Program-made: the position numbers and the translations under genes | Source: Calditrichia bacterium | Lineage (GTDB): Bacteria > Calditrichota > Calditrichia > RBG-13-44-9 | Reading direction: 5' to 3' | Length of the DNA: 19,537 nt | Assembly: GCA_037381445.1 (NCBI GenBank) | Contig: JARRQT010000001.1 | Span: 1 to 19,537 of the forward strand | Notes under the pieces: generated by a model | Databases searched by the model: none | Told to the model about the DNA's origin: nothing | The model's input: only the letters and a program-made list of their open reading frames with translations | Shown here: in pieces, positions 8,486 through 17,139 of the stretch | Position numbering within the stretch: position 1 is the first letter of the stretch | How the letters are laid out: every line of letters starts with the position of its first letter

Positions 8486-8561
8486 TTGACTTTCCATAAA
8501 AAAAGTATTTTATTTTTAGGCTATAAAAAAAGAGATATTAATATATTTAAATATTTGGAGG
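8486..8561 (+). promoter_or_regulatory. Putative rpmH promoter region and RBS
   Basis: TTGACT (8486-8491) is preceded by an A-rich UP-like tract and followed by AT-rich sequence with only a weak -10. Strong RBS GGAGG at 8557-8561. Confidence 0.4.
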
Positions 8562-8565
8562 ATTT

Positions 8566-8712
8566 ATGAAACGGACATTTCAACCTCATAATCGGAAACG
8601 GAAAAACAAACACGGTTTTCGCGAGAGGATGAGTACAAAGAATGGCAGAAAGGTGCTGGCAAGACGACGGGCAAAAGGTAGAAGAAAATTATCTGTCAGC
8701 AGTGAATTCTAG
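8566..8712 (+). CDS. rpmH: 50S ribosomal protein L34 (missed by ORF track, 48 aa)
   Basis: Manual translation [56 protein letters not shown]; canonical position before rnpA. Confidence 0.98.
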   Translation: MKRTFQPHNRKRKNKHGFRERMSTKNGRKVLARRRAKGRRKLSVSSEF

Positions 8713-9028
8713 AAAACATACGCTTCCCAGGGATATAATTTTAAAGAAAAGATCCGATATATCACGGGTGCTCAAATCCGGCAGTCGGATTCCGGGAAAA
8801 GTGTTTAATACTTTTATATATAATTCCGGGAACAATCGCGTTGCGTTTTTGATTAATAAGCGGGTCGGAAACGCAGTCAAACGAAACCGGATGAAGAGAC
8901 TCATGCGGGAAGCTTTCCGTCTACAAAAAGAGAAGTTTGAGGGGAAAGAAGTTGTTTTCAATATTAAGCTGTTTTGGGACGACTTTCTATACCTGTTAAA
9001 TGAAATGGAAAATATTAAAGAGATATGA
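8702..9028 (+). CDS. rnpA: Ribonuclease P protein component
   Basis: RNR motif [22 protein letters not shown]. The likely start is the in-frame GTG at 8702 overlapping the rpmH end; the ORF-track ATG at 8642 lies inside rpmH. Confidence 0.92.
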   Translation: MNSRKHTLPRDIILKKRSDISRVLKSGSRIPGKVFNTFIYNSGNNRVAFLINKRVGNAVKRNRMKRLMREAFRLQKEKFEGKEVVFNIKLFWDDFLYLLNEMENIKEI

Positions 9029-9255
9029 AATATCTCCTTGTTTTTATCATAAAATTGTATCGCAACCTAATCTCCCCCTTTTTTCCTCCATCGTGCAGAT
9101 TCTATCCGACATGTTCTGAATATTCGCAGGAAGCCATATCGAGATTTGGCGCCCTTAAGGGGGGATGGTTATCGATCAAACGGGTGGGAAAATGCCATCC
9201 CTTCCATCCCGGAGGCTATGATCCTGTTCCGCAATCACCAACTGAGGAAAACTAA
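9025..9255 (+). CDS. yidD: Membrane protein insertion efficiency factor YidD
   Basis: 76 aa. ISP...[20 protein letters not shown]...[15 protein letters not shown]. Confidence 0.97.
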   Translation: MKYLLVFIIKLYRNLISPFFPPSCRFYPTCSEYSQEAISRFGALKGGWLSIKRVGKCHPFHPGGYDPVPQSPTEEN

Positions 9256-11057
9256 TGGATAAAAAGACCATACTTGGAATTGTACTTATCATTCTCGTAA
9301 CCCTGATGATGCCGGTTTATCAAAAATGGATTGTGGGAGAAAAACCGGTTCAGCAACAGACAATCACACAGCCAAAAGATACAACCTTTGTTGTTAAGGA
9401 CACGGCAAGAAAAAAGATTGAAGCGCCAGCGGAAGAACCTGCAGCAACTCCAACCCTGATTGACACAGGTGTGGTGTCAAAAGGCACACCCGTGATGATT
9501 CAGGAATCACCCGAGAAAAAAACCATAGATATCGAAACGGATTTGGTCCACGTGGTCTGGAGCACGGAACACGGCGGGAATCCCGTTCTTTGGGAACTAA
9601 AAAAATATGATTATTACAAAGGTGGAAATGTAAACCTGATCGATAACAATTATTTAAAATTAAATTTTCTGAATGTTGACGGAAAACAGGTAAATCTTGA
9701 TGATTATAATTTTTACGCCGATTTCGAGAATAATAAGAAGGTAGTTCTGAATGATTATAAATCCGAATATGAATTCAAATTTTACCTGCCGGTAAAAAAC
9801 GGAAGAATTGTAAAAACAATCCATTTTTACCGGGATCGGTATTCTTTTGATGTCCGGGTCAGCTTCGAGAATCTTTCGGAATATATCATTAACCGGCGCT
9901 ATTTTATTGCCTGGCAAAATGGACTCCCTTTAACAGAAGAGAACGTCAAAGACGATAACTCCTATTCACGCGCTTATGCCTATATGGCCAAGGAACTGGA
10001 AAGCCTGGATGCCTCTGAGGATAAGACAAAGCAGGAGACGTTTAACGGCAATGTCGATTGGATCGCGGTGCGAACCAAATATTTTCTGGCATCCATTGTT
10101 CCGTTCCAGTCTTCCGCCACAAATGGCGCCAATTTAAGCGGTATTCAAAAAACGGTGGACAATATGCCGCATAAGGATTACACCGCGGCAATCGAAATGA
10201 ATTATCCGGCGAAGTCTCTGGTTTCCGATACATTTTCGGTTTATATCGGGCCGCTGGATTACTACATTCTCAAAAAATATGATGTGGGGCTTCAGACCCT
10301 GGTGATGAATAAGGACTGGTATGAGAGGTTGTTCCGTCCCATCAGTACGCTGTTTATTATACCCTCATTCAAATTTTTGCATCGATTCATCCCCAATTAC
10401 GGACTGGTAATTATCATCTTTTCCATATTAATCAAACTGATTCTTCACCCGTTGACCAAGAAGAGTTATCAGTCGATGAGTGAAATGCAGTTTCTGCAGC
10501 CCAAAATGACGGAGTTGAGGGAAAAATACAAGAATGAACCTCAGCGCCTGAACAAGGAAATGATGAAGCTGTATAAGGAGCACGGCGTGAATCCTTTGGG
10601 CGGCTGTCTACCCATGCTTCTGCAAATGCCAGTACTATTTGCGCTGTTTATCGTGTTCCGGTCCACAATACAATTGCGCGGAAAACCGTTTGTTTTATGG
10701 ATAAACGACTTGGCCCGACCCGATGTACTCCATCTGGGCTTTCACCTGCCCCTGGTTGGCAATAGTCTCCATGTTTTGCCCATTTTAATGGCGCTGACCA
10801 TGATCTGGCAATCAAAAATGTCTATGACCGATCCCAAGCAAAAGGCGATGGTTTACTTTATGCCAATTTTCATGGTGTTCATCTTTTATTCTTTGCCCTC
10901 GGGACTGAATCTTTACTATGCAGTGTTCAATCTTCTCAGTATGGCCCAAACATATCAAATAAAGAAAAAAATGCATCCTGGGAATGAAACGGCGGAAGCG
11001 AAACCGGTTCCTGTTAAAGCGACGAGATCGCAAACCGGGAAGAAGCGTAAAAAGTAA
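9255..11057 (+). CDS. yidC: Membrane protein insertase YidC (long periplasmic-domain form)
   Basis: 600 aa. N-terminal TM, large periplasmic domain, Y.GP, NYGLVII, LQPKM.ELREKYK, GVNPLGGCLPMLLQMP, WINDL, LPSGLNLY. Confidence 0.96.
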   Translation: MDKKTILGIVLIILVTLMMPVYQKWIVGEKPVQQQTITQPKDTTFVVKDTARKKIEAPAEEPAATPTLIDTGVVSKGTPVMIQESPEKKTIDIETDLVHVVWSTEHGGNPVLWELKKYDYYKGGNVNLIDNNYLKLNFLNVDGKQVNLDDYNFYADFENNKKVVLNDYKSEYEFKFYLPVKNGRIVKTIHFYRDRYSFDVRVSFENLSEYIINRRYFIAWQNGLPLTEENVKDDNSYSRAYAYMAKELESLDASEDKTKQETFNGNVDWIAVRTKYFLASIVPFQSSATNGANLSGIQKTVDNMPHKDYTAAIEMNYPAKSLVSDTFSVYIGPLDYYILKKYDVGLQTLVMNKDWYERLFRPISTLFIIPSFKFLHRFIPNYGLVIIIFSILIKLILHPLTKKSYQSMSEMQFLQPKMTELREKYKNEPQRLNKEMMKLYKEHGVNPLGGCLPMLLQMPVLFALFIVFRSTIQLRGKPFVLWINDLARPDVLHLGFHLPLVGNSLHVLPILMALTMIWQSKMSMTDPKQKAMVYFMPIFMVFIFYSLPSGLNLYYAVFNLLSMAQTYQIKKKMHPGNETAEAKPVPVKATRSQTGKKRKK

Positions 11058-11074
11058 ATTTAGTATCTGAATAG

Positions 11075-12466
11075 ATGAAATATTTAGACAATGAAGATAC
11101 AATTGTCGCCCTTTCCACTCCCTTAGGGAAGGGCGCAATTGCAATCATCCGGCTCAGCGGAAAAGAATGTCTGCCCATCGTAAACCAAATATTTTCAAAT
11201 GAAATAAGCGCTGCTGATCATAAAAGAGTTTTTTTCGGAGCGATTAATTCGCTCAACGAAAATAAATTGATTGATCAGGTGGTGGTAAGTTATTTCCGGG
11301 GTCCCAGTTCTTATACAGGCGAAGATGTCATTGAAATTTCCTGTCATTGCAATGTTCTGATTATTGACCAGATTATCCGGGAAATACTGCATTTTTCCGC
11401 TCGCATGGCCAATCCGGGCGAATTCACCGAACGAGCTTTTTTTAATCACAAAATGGATTTGTCCCAGGCTGAAGCGGTCGCAGGCATTATAGGGGCTAAA
11501 ACGCAGCGGAGTCTTTCCCAGTCTCTCAAGCAACTGGACGGGAAACTATCCCAAAAAATCAGGGAGATAAAACAGGAAACCATCAATCTGCTCTCGCTCA
11601 TTGAAGTAAATTTGGATTTTAATGAAGAAGATATCCAGGTGTATGAAAAGAGCGACTTAATGACGCGGGCCAGGAAGATGGCGACGGAAGTTGAAAATCT
11701 GATGCGGACTTACGAGTACGGGAAACTTTTGGGCGAAGGAATAAAAATGGTGATCCTGGGGAAGCCCAATGTTGGTAAATCCAGTTTGCTGAATGCGTTT
11801 TTGGAAAAAGAGCGGGCTATTGTCAGTGACATACCCGGGACCACGCGGGATTATATCGAAGGGCGAATGGAGATTGACGGTATTCCTGTGCAGGTTGTAG
11901 ACACTGCGGGGGTCAGGCAAACGATGGACCCGGTTGAGGAATTGGGTGTAAAAAAGGCAGTGGAGCATATCGATTCGGCGGATATCCTGTTGGCGCTATT
12001 CGAATCCCATTCCGCCCTGGATAACGATGACAAGCGCATGTTGGAATATGTCTCGCAGACCCGCGGGAAGGTAGCGGCGGTGCTGGTTCTTAACAAAACA
12101 GATTTGGGTGAGCATCCCGGCGTTTTCGAACAACTAAAGAAACTGGACCTGCCTATAGTGGGAGTCTCCGCTAAATTTGAAGAAAACATCGACAAATTAA
12201 GGGAACTCATCAAAACAAACCTGTTAAAAGACAGTGGGGTGGAAGACGAGGAAGTTGTAGTCATTAATTCACGACATAAAAACGCCCTTGCGCGGGCCAT
12301 GGAGAGCCTGAAAGGGTTTATTGCTGACCTGGAAGTTGATATGGATGAGGTGATTCTGGCCTCCGAACTTAGGAATGTCCTGGATTCTATTGGTCAGATT
12401 ATTGGTGAGACAACTACAGAGGATTTATTGAATAATATTTTTGGGCAGTTTTGTATAGGTAAATAG
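11075..12466 (+). CDS. mnmE: tRNA modification GTPase MnmE/TrmE
   Basis: 463 aa. DTIVALSTP.G.GAI, SYTGEDV.E, GEFTERAF, GKPNVGKSS, GTTRD, DTAG, NK.D, terminal FCIGK. Confidence 0.98.
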   Translation: MKYLDNEDTIVALSTPLGKGAIAIIRLSGKECLPIVNQIFSNEISAADHKRVFFGAINSLNENKLIDQVVVSYFRGPSSYTGEDVIEISCHCNVLIIDQIIREILHFSARMANPGEFTERAFFNHKMDLSQAEAVAGIIGAKTQRSLSQSLKQLDGKLSQKIREIKQETINLLSLIEVNLDFNEEDIQVYEKSDLMTRARKMATEVENLMRTYEYGKLLGEGIKMVILGKPNVGKSSLLNAFLEKERAIVSDIPGTTRDYIEGRMEIDGIPVQVVDTAGVRQTMDPVEELGVKKAVEHIDSADILLALFESHSALDNDDKRMLEYVSQTRGKVAAVLVLNKTDLGEHPGVFEQLKKLDLPIVGVSAKFEENIDKLRELIKTNLLKDSGVEDEEVVVINSRHKNALARAMESLKGFIADLEVDMDEVILASELRNVLDSIGQIIGETTTEDLLNNIFGQFCIGK

Positions 12467-12482
12467 TGTTTCACGTGAAACC
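12467..12482. promoter_or_regulatory. parS: parS site 1 (ParB-binding centromere)
   Basis: TGTTTCACGTGAAACC, 15/16 match to TGTTTCACGTGAAACA, immediately after the mnmE stop. Confidence 0.88.
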
Positions 12483-12496
12483 TTTGGAGTGTGGGT

Positions 12497-14392
12497 TTGA
12501 AAAAAATGTATGATGTTGTGGTTGCCGGCGGCGGACATGCTGGAGTGGAGGCTGCCCTGGCGGCTGCCCGGCTGGGGCTAAAGACGGCGCTGGTGACCTT
12601 GAATATAAATACGATCGGTAAAATGTCATGCAATCCCGCCATCGGGGGACTGGCAAAGGGCCATTTGGTCCGTGAAATTGACGCTTTGGGCGGCGAGATG
12701 GCCAAACTGATTGACAAGACCGGCATCCATTTCAAAATACTAAACAAATCCAAAGGGCCGGCTGTGTGGTCCCCGCGAGCCCAGGCGGATCGAAACGCCT
12801 ATTCCAAATCCGCTCAGGAGGCTGTTTTGAATCAGGAAAACCTGGATGTAATCCAGGCCTCGGTTACCGGGCTTGAGATTAACAGTGGCCGGCTGGAGGC
12901 AGCCGTATTGGATCAAAGCAATATCCTGCACTGCCGGGCGTTGGTTCTCACCTGCGGCACTTTCCTGAATGGCAGAATCTTTATTGGCTTGAATTCCTTC
13001 TCGAGCGGGCGGGCCGGGGAATTGCCCGTTCGGGGACTTACTGAAGAATTGGTGGACCTTGGATTTCAAGCTGGCCGATTAAAGACCGGAACTCCTCCCA
13101 GAATTCACCGGGACTCAATCGATTATTCAAAGGTGGAGGAACAAGCGCCTGACAATCCCCCGGTTCCCTTCTCCTTTCAGACAGTCATGGGGGAAAGAAA
13201 ACAGTTGAGCTGCCATATTGCGCACACGAATCAGAATTCGCATGATATTCTGATGACCGGCCTGGATCGTTCGCCAATGTATACCGGCATGATCACCGGG
13301 GTGGGGCCGAGGTATTGTCCTTCCATTGAAGACAAGGTTGTACGGTTCGCCGATAAAACGCAGCACCAATTGTTTCTGGAACCGGAAGGATTTGATAATC
13401 CTGAAGTCTACGTGAATGGTTTTTCCACCAGCCTTCCGGAAGATGTGCAAATCAGAGCGCTGCGGGCGGTGCCGGGACTTGAGAATGCTCGGCTCATCCG
13501 GCTGGGGTATGCGGTTGAATACGATTTTTTCCCATCGTTTCAGATTAAGCACACGCTGGAAACAAAAAATGTAGAGGGGCTCTACTTCGCCGGTCAGATT
13601 AACGGGACCTCCGGATATGAAGAGGCGGCCGCCCAGGGACTGATGGCGGGGATTAATGCTGCCATGAAAATTCTGGACAGAGAGTCGGTTATCCTGGATC
13701 GCTCACAGGCTTACATCGGTGTTCTGATAGATGATCTGATCAACAAAACCATTCTGGAACCCTACCGGATGTTCACCTCGCGGGCGGAATTTCGGCTCCT
13801 GCTGCGCCATGACAACGCCGATCTCCGATTGATGGATGTTGGGAGCCGGATTGGGTTGCTGCCATCATCTTCTTATGAAAAGATGCTTAAGAAGAAAGAA
13901 CAAATTGACCGGCTTTTCGAAATTGTTGATAATACCTCAATACATCCGCAAGTGTTTAATGATTATGCCAAAGAACTGGGTGTCAGTCCCATAAATCAAA
14001 CGATTCCCATGCGGCAGCTTATCAAAAGGCCCGAGGTAAAGCTGGTAGATTTGCTCAGGATTTCCGGACAACCCAATGGATACCATGGGGACGAATTGGT
14101 GCATGTGGAGTTCATGACAAAATATGAAGGTTACATAAGCCGACAGGAAGAGTTGGTTGAAAAATTTAAAAAAATGGAGCATAAGGAAATCCCGGGGGAC
14201 TTTGATTATTCGACGATCCAATCAATTTCATCGGAAAGCCGCGAAAAGTTGATGCAAATCCGTCCGGCTTCTCTCGGCCAGGCCATGCGCATCTCGGGTG
14301 TCCGGCATAGTGATATAACTGTTTTGATGATATATCTGGAAAAATATTTTAGGAGAGGGCTGGACGTTTCACGTGAAACTATTCTGGAGTAA
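12497..14392 (+). CDS. mnmG: tRNA uridine 5-carboxymethylaminomethyl modification enzyme MnmG/GidA
   Basis: GGGHAGVEAA, MSCNPAIGGLAKG, KGPAV, RLKTGTPPR, GPRYCPSIEDK, AGQINGTSGYEEAAAQG, EPYRMFTSRAE. The start is uncertain (GTG 12491, TTG 12497 or ATG 12506); GGAG at 12486-12489 favours 12497. Confidence 0.98.
   Translation: MKKMYDVVVAGGGHAGVEAALAAARLGLKTALVTLNINTIGKMSCNPAIGGLAKGHLVREIDALGGEMAKLIDKTGIHFKILNKSKGPAVWSPRAQADRNAYSKSAQEAVLNQENLDVIQASVTGLEINSGRLEAAVLDQSNILHCRALVLTCGTFLNGRIFIGLNSFSSGRAGELPVRGLTEELVDLGFQAGRLKTGTPPRIHRDSIDYSKVEEQAPDNPPVPFSFQTVMGERKQLSCHIAHTNQNSHDILMTGLDRSPMYTGMITGVGPRYCPSIEDKVVRFADKTQHQLFLEPEGFDNPEVYVNGFSTSLPEDVQIRALRAVPGLENARLIRLGYAVEYDFFPSFQIKHTLETKNVEGLYFAGQINGTSGYEEAAAQGLMAGINAAMKILDRESVILDRSQAYIGVLIDDLINKTILEPYRMFTSRAEFRLLLRHDNADLRLMDVGSRIGLLPSSSYEKMLKKKEQIDRLFEIVDNTSIHPQVFNDYAKELGVSPINQTIPMRQLIKRPEVKLVDLLRISGQPNGYHGDELVHVEFMTKYEGYISRQEELVEKFKKMEHKEIPGDFDYSTIQSISSESREKLMQIRPASLGQAMRISGVRHSDITVLMIYLEKYFRRGLDVSRETILE
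14365..14380. promoter_or_regulatory. parS: parS site 2, inside the mnmG 3' end
   Basis: CGTTTCACGTGAAACT (14-bp perfect palindromic core), encoding ...DVSRET... in MnmG. Confidence 0.8.
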
Positions 14393-14415
14393 ATTTTCAT
14401 TATTTAGCTGAAATC

Positions 14416-14431
14416 TGTTTCACGTGAAACA
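14416..14431. promoter_or_regulatory. parS: parS site 3 (perfect consensus)
   Basis: TGTTTCACGTGAAACA inside the 20-bp perfect palindrome TCTGTTTCACGTGAAACAGA (14414-14433), in the mnmG-rsmG spacer. Confidence 0.93.
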
Positions 14432-14494
14432 GAAATTTTGTTTTTGGCATAAGCATATGGTTTGTGAGTTTCTGTGGAGGAGAAGAAGGCTTAA

Positions 14495-15175
14495 ATGGAG
14501 TATGCGGAATTTTTTGAAAGATTCTTTCCCGATTTAACGCAGTTTCAGAGCGATCAGCTAACACATTATGTTTCCTTAATTAAAACCTTCAACCAGCGTT
14601 TCAATCTCATCTCCCGCTCCGATGTTGAAAATGTATGGGAACATCATATCTATCCCTGTGTGGTTGCAGCGAATCTGGTCGAAATTCCCATTGCGGCTGC
14701 TGTTTTGGATCTGGGAAGTGGGTCCGGTTTGCCCGGTATCCCTCTCAAAATCGTACGTCCGGATTTAAACATGATCCTGGTCGATTCCATCCGGAAAAAG
14801 ACACTGTTCCTTAAAAAAGTTGTTGACGAACTGGGGCTTGAGAGTGCTGAAACTTTGAATATGAGACTGGGCATGGATGAAGATAGATATGGGCTGCAGA
14901 GCAGATTCAATGTCGTCACCGCCAGAGCCGTAGCAACGGCTGAAATTTTGGTACCATTAGCAATGCCTTTGCTCAAAAACGACGGTTATCTGCTCCTGTG
15001 GAAAGGGGAGTCGGATTTGCCCGAGATATATGAATCTTCAAAAAAATACAATTATTCCTATGACATCATTAGAATACCGGTGGAATATTCTGATTTCTCA
15101 AGGCGGTTAGGCAGTACATTGTTTGTAAAAATCTATCCCGATTTCGCTTTCCGCGACGATCCCGGCGAGCCGTAA
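14495..15175 (+). CDS. rsmG: 16S rRNA m7G527 methyltransferase RsmG/GidB
   Basis: 226 aa. N.RFNLIS, W.HH, LDLGSGSGLPGIPL, DS..KK..FL, VTARAV, WKG; syntenic after mnmG. Confidence 0.95.
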   Translation: MEYAEFFERFFPDLTQFQSDQLTHYVSLIKTFNQRFNLISRSDVENVWEHHIYPCVVAANLVEIPIAAAVLDLGSGSGLPGIPLKIVRPDLNMILVDSIRKKTLFLKKVVDELGLESAETLNMRLGMDEDRYGLQSRFNVVTARAVATAEILVPLAMPLLKNDGYLLLWKGESDLPEIYESSKKYNYSYDIIRIPVEYSDFSRRLGSTLFVKIYPDFAFRDDPGEP

Positions 15176-15331
15176 TTTTTATTAATGGCATTCGAGGGAT
15201 GTATGGAATTATATTTCTCTTAAATGTCGGGTGGATCGGCTTGATTTTACTTTTCAATATTGAGGTATTTTATTAATTTAAACGGAAGAATCACTACATT
15301 ATAAGTTCTCCAAAACTAGAGGTTGAATTTG

Positions 15332-16321
15332 ATGGCTCAGGTTGTATCGTTTATTATTCAAAAAGGCGGCTGCGGAAAGACTACCACCACCGTTAATACC
15401 GGCGGATATTTGGCGGAGCAGGGATTTAGGGTTCTTTGCATCGATATGGACCCTCAGGGAAACATGACACAGCATTTTGGTTATGATACAGAAAATTTGG
15501 ATAAGACTATTCTGGATCTCTTTCAAAATGAAGCTTCTTTCGAAGAGGTGGTGATAAAGAGAAATGAGAACCTGCATGTTATTCCCAATAATCTTGATAC
15601 GGCTGCGGCGGAGTTGACACTTTATCATTCTTTGTCCAGAGAGTTCCTCTTAAGGGACGCTATTGCGCCTGTGCTCAATGATTATGATTTCGTTTTAATT
15701 GATTGTCCGCCGGCCCTGGGACTGTTTTCAGTCAATTCCCTGGCGGCATCCACGGAATTTATCATGGTCGTGGCACCGGAGTTCTTTCCAATGAAAGCCA
15801 TTAAACCGCTATATGAGACTTTTAAGGCTGTGAAAGAAAAATTGAACCATACACTTCAATTTAAGGGACTGGTAATGACCATGTGTGATTTTCGCACAAA
15901 GCATAGTCAGGAAGTATATCAGATTTTGCGGCGTAATTTCCCTCACAAATTATATGACGCTTATATCCGGAACAATGTGAGCCTGAAGGAAGCTTCATCA
16001 TATGGACAAACCATATTTGAATACAATTCCCAGTCCATAGGGGCTTTTGATTATCAGAACTTTGTGGAAGAATTTATCCGGGACCATCATAAGAATATTG
16101 CAAAACGAAAGTATTACCAAGAACGCTTCAATACCCTGACGGAACAGGAGCAGGAACAAATTTTGTTGTTTGCCGAGAAAAATCTCACGAATTACAATAA
16201 GACTATGCTGGATGAAAATCCTGATAATCGTTTCATAAAAGAATCACTATTAATTGAACGTAATAAAATTCTGGAAAAGCTGTTTCCTTACCGGATTAAT
16301 GTCCTTGCAGAAAATGTCTGA
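15332..16321 (+). CDS. parA: ParA/Soj-family ATPase with a C-terminal extension
   Basis: Deviant Walker A QKGGCGKTTT, DMDPQGN, Walker B LIDCPP, IRNNV.L.EA.SYG.TIFEY...S.GA.DY. About 75 extra C-terminal residues. GAGG RBS precedes ATG 15332. Confidence 0.9.
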   Translation: MAQVVSFIIQKGGCGKTTTTVNTGGYLAEQGFRVLCIDMDPQGNMTQHFGYDTENLDKTILDLFQNEASFEEVVIKRNENLHVIPNNLDTAAAELTLYHSLSREFLLRDAIAPVLNDYDFVLIDCPPALGLFSVNSLAASTEFIMVVAPEFFPMKAIKPLYETFKAVKEKLNHTLQFKGLVMTMCDFRTKHSQEVYQILRRNFPHKLYDAYIRNNVSLKEASSYGQTIFEYNSQSIGAFDYQNFVEEFIRDHHKNIAKRKYYQERFNTLTEQEQEQILLFAEKNLTNYNKTMLDENPDNRFIKESLLIERNKILEKLFPYRINVLAENV

Positions 16322-17139
16322 TGAAAGCCATATTGTTTACATCCATTTTTGCAGTGAACCTGTTCGCAGCATTCGAATATTCCAATTCAAATGCTTTCGT
16401 GAATGGTACGGCTGGTAGCTCCATTGCCTCATCTCAGTTTTTCAGCGGCTTTCTTTTGAATCCGGCGGTTTCTGCGGACTTGGAAGCCGACAATGTTGGA
16501 TTGACATATTCCCGTCCATATGCCATTTCAGAATTGGTCCAGGCAGGGATTATTGGAAATTATCTGTATGCACCTTATGGGATCGGAGTATCTTTTTCAT
16601 CCTTCGGGAACAATGTTTTTCGGGAGTCACGGTTGTCTTTTAACCTGTCAAGACTGTTTTTGGATGATAAATTGTCAATGGGTACAAATCTTCATTGGTA
16701 TTCAATCCATGCTGAAAAGTATGAAACCGCGAATTCCCTGGGCTTGGATATCGGTGTGCTTTACAAAATCTCCCCATCAATGAATACGGGCTTTTCCGTA
16801 CAGAACATAAATCAGCCCAAAATAAGAAATCATGCGGAAGAGCTCCCTTTGGTCACCAGCTGGGGGTTTTCTTTTATGGCGGATGAACATGTTTTTACTT
16901 ATCTTGCCGTACAAAAGGATGCCTGGCATCCGGTCGCTTTGCATTTTGGAGTAAATGTTCTTGCTAATTCATATTTCTCGCTTCAAAGTGGTTTTAGCTC
17001 ATACCCTTCTGTTCCTGCACTGGGAGTGCACTTCAAAAAGAACTGGTTTAACCTTAATTATGTTTTTCAATATCATTTCGAGCTCGGTGCGACCCACCTG
17101 TGGGGCATTTCACTAACCAGAATCAAAAATGCAGAATAA
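16321..17139 (+). CDS. Exported outer-membrane beta-barrel protein, PorV/FadL-like (function unknown)
   Basis: 272 aa. Signal peptide MKAILFTSIFAVNLFA/, N-terminal G..G.S.A...LNPA motif, LDIG..Y and G.SVQNIN.P segments, alternating hydrophobic beta-strand pattern. TGATG overlap with parA. Confidence 0.6.
   Translation: MKAILFTSIFAVNLFAAFEYSNSNAFVNGTAGSSIASSQFFSGFLLNPAVSADLEADNVGLTYSRPYAISELVQAGIIGNYLYAPYGIGVSFSSFGNNVFRESRLSFNLSRLFLDDKLSMGTNLHWYSIHAEKYETANSLGLDIGVLYKISPSMNTGFSVQNINQPKIRNHAEELPLVTSWGFSFMADEHVFTYLAVQKDAWHPVALHFGVNVLANSYFSLQSGFSSYPSVPALGVHFKKNWFNLNYVFQYHFELGATHLWGISLTRIKNAE

Noticed and set aside
8642..8701. ORF-track N-terminal extension of RnpA (MAERCWQ...)
   Set aside because: It lies in an alternative frame inside rpmH. 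The GTG at 8702 gives a normal-length RnpA.
281..14400. Numerous 60-190 aa antisense or alternative-frame ORFs in the ORF track
   Set aside because: They overlap well-conserved housekeeping genes and show no family motifs of their own.
12467..14433. Repeated palindrome considered as a CRISPR repeat, REP element or IS end
   Set aside because: Only three copies with irregular spacing, no cas or transposase genes, and a match to the parS consensus.
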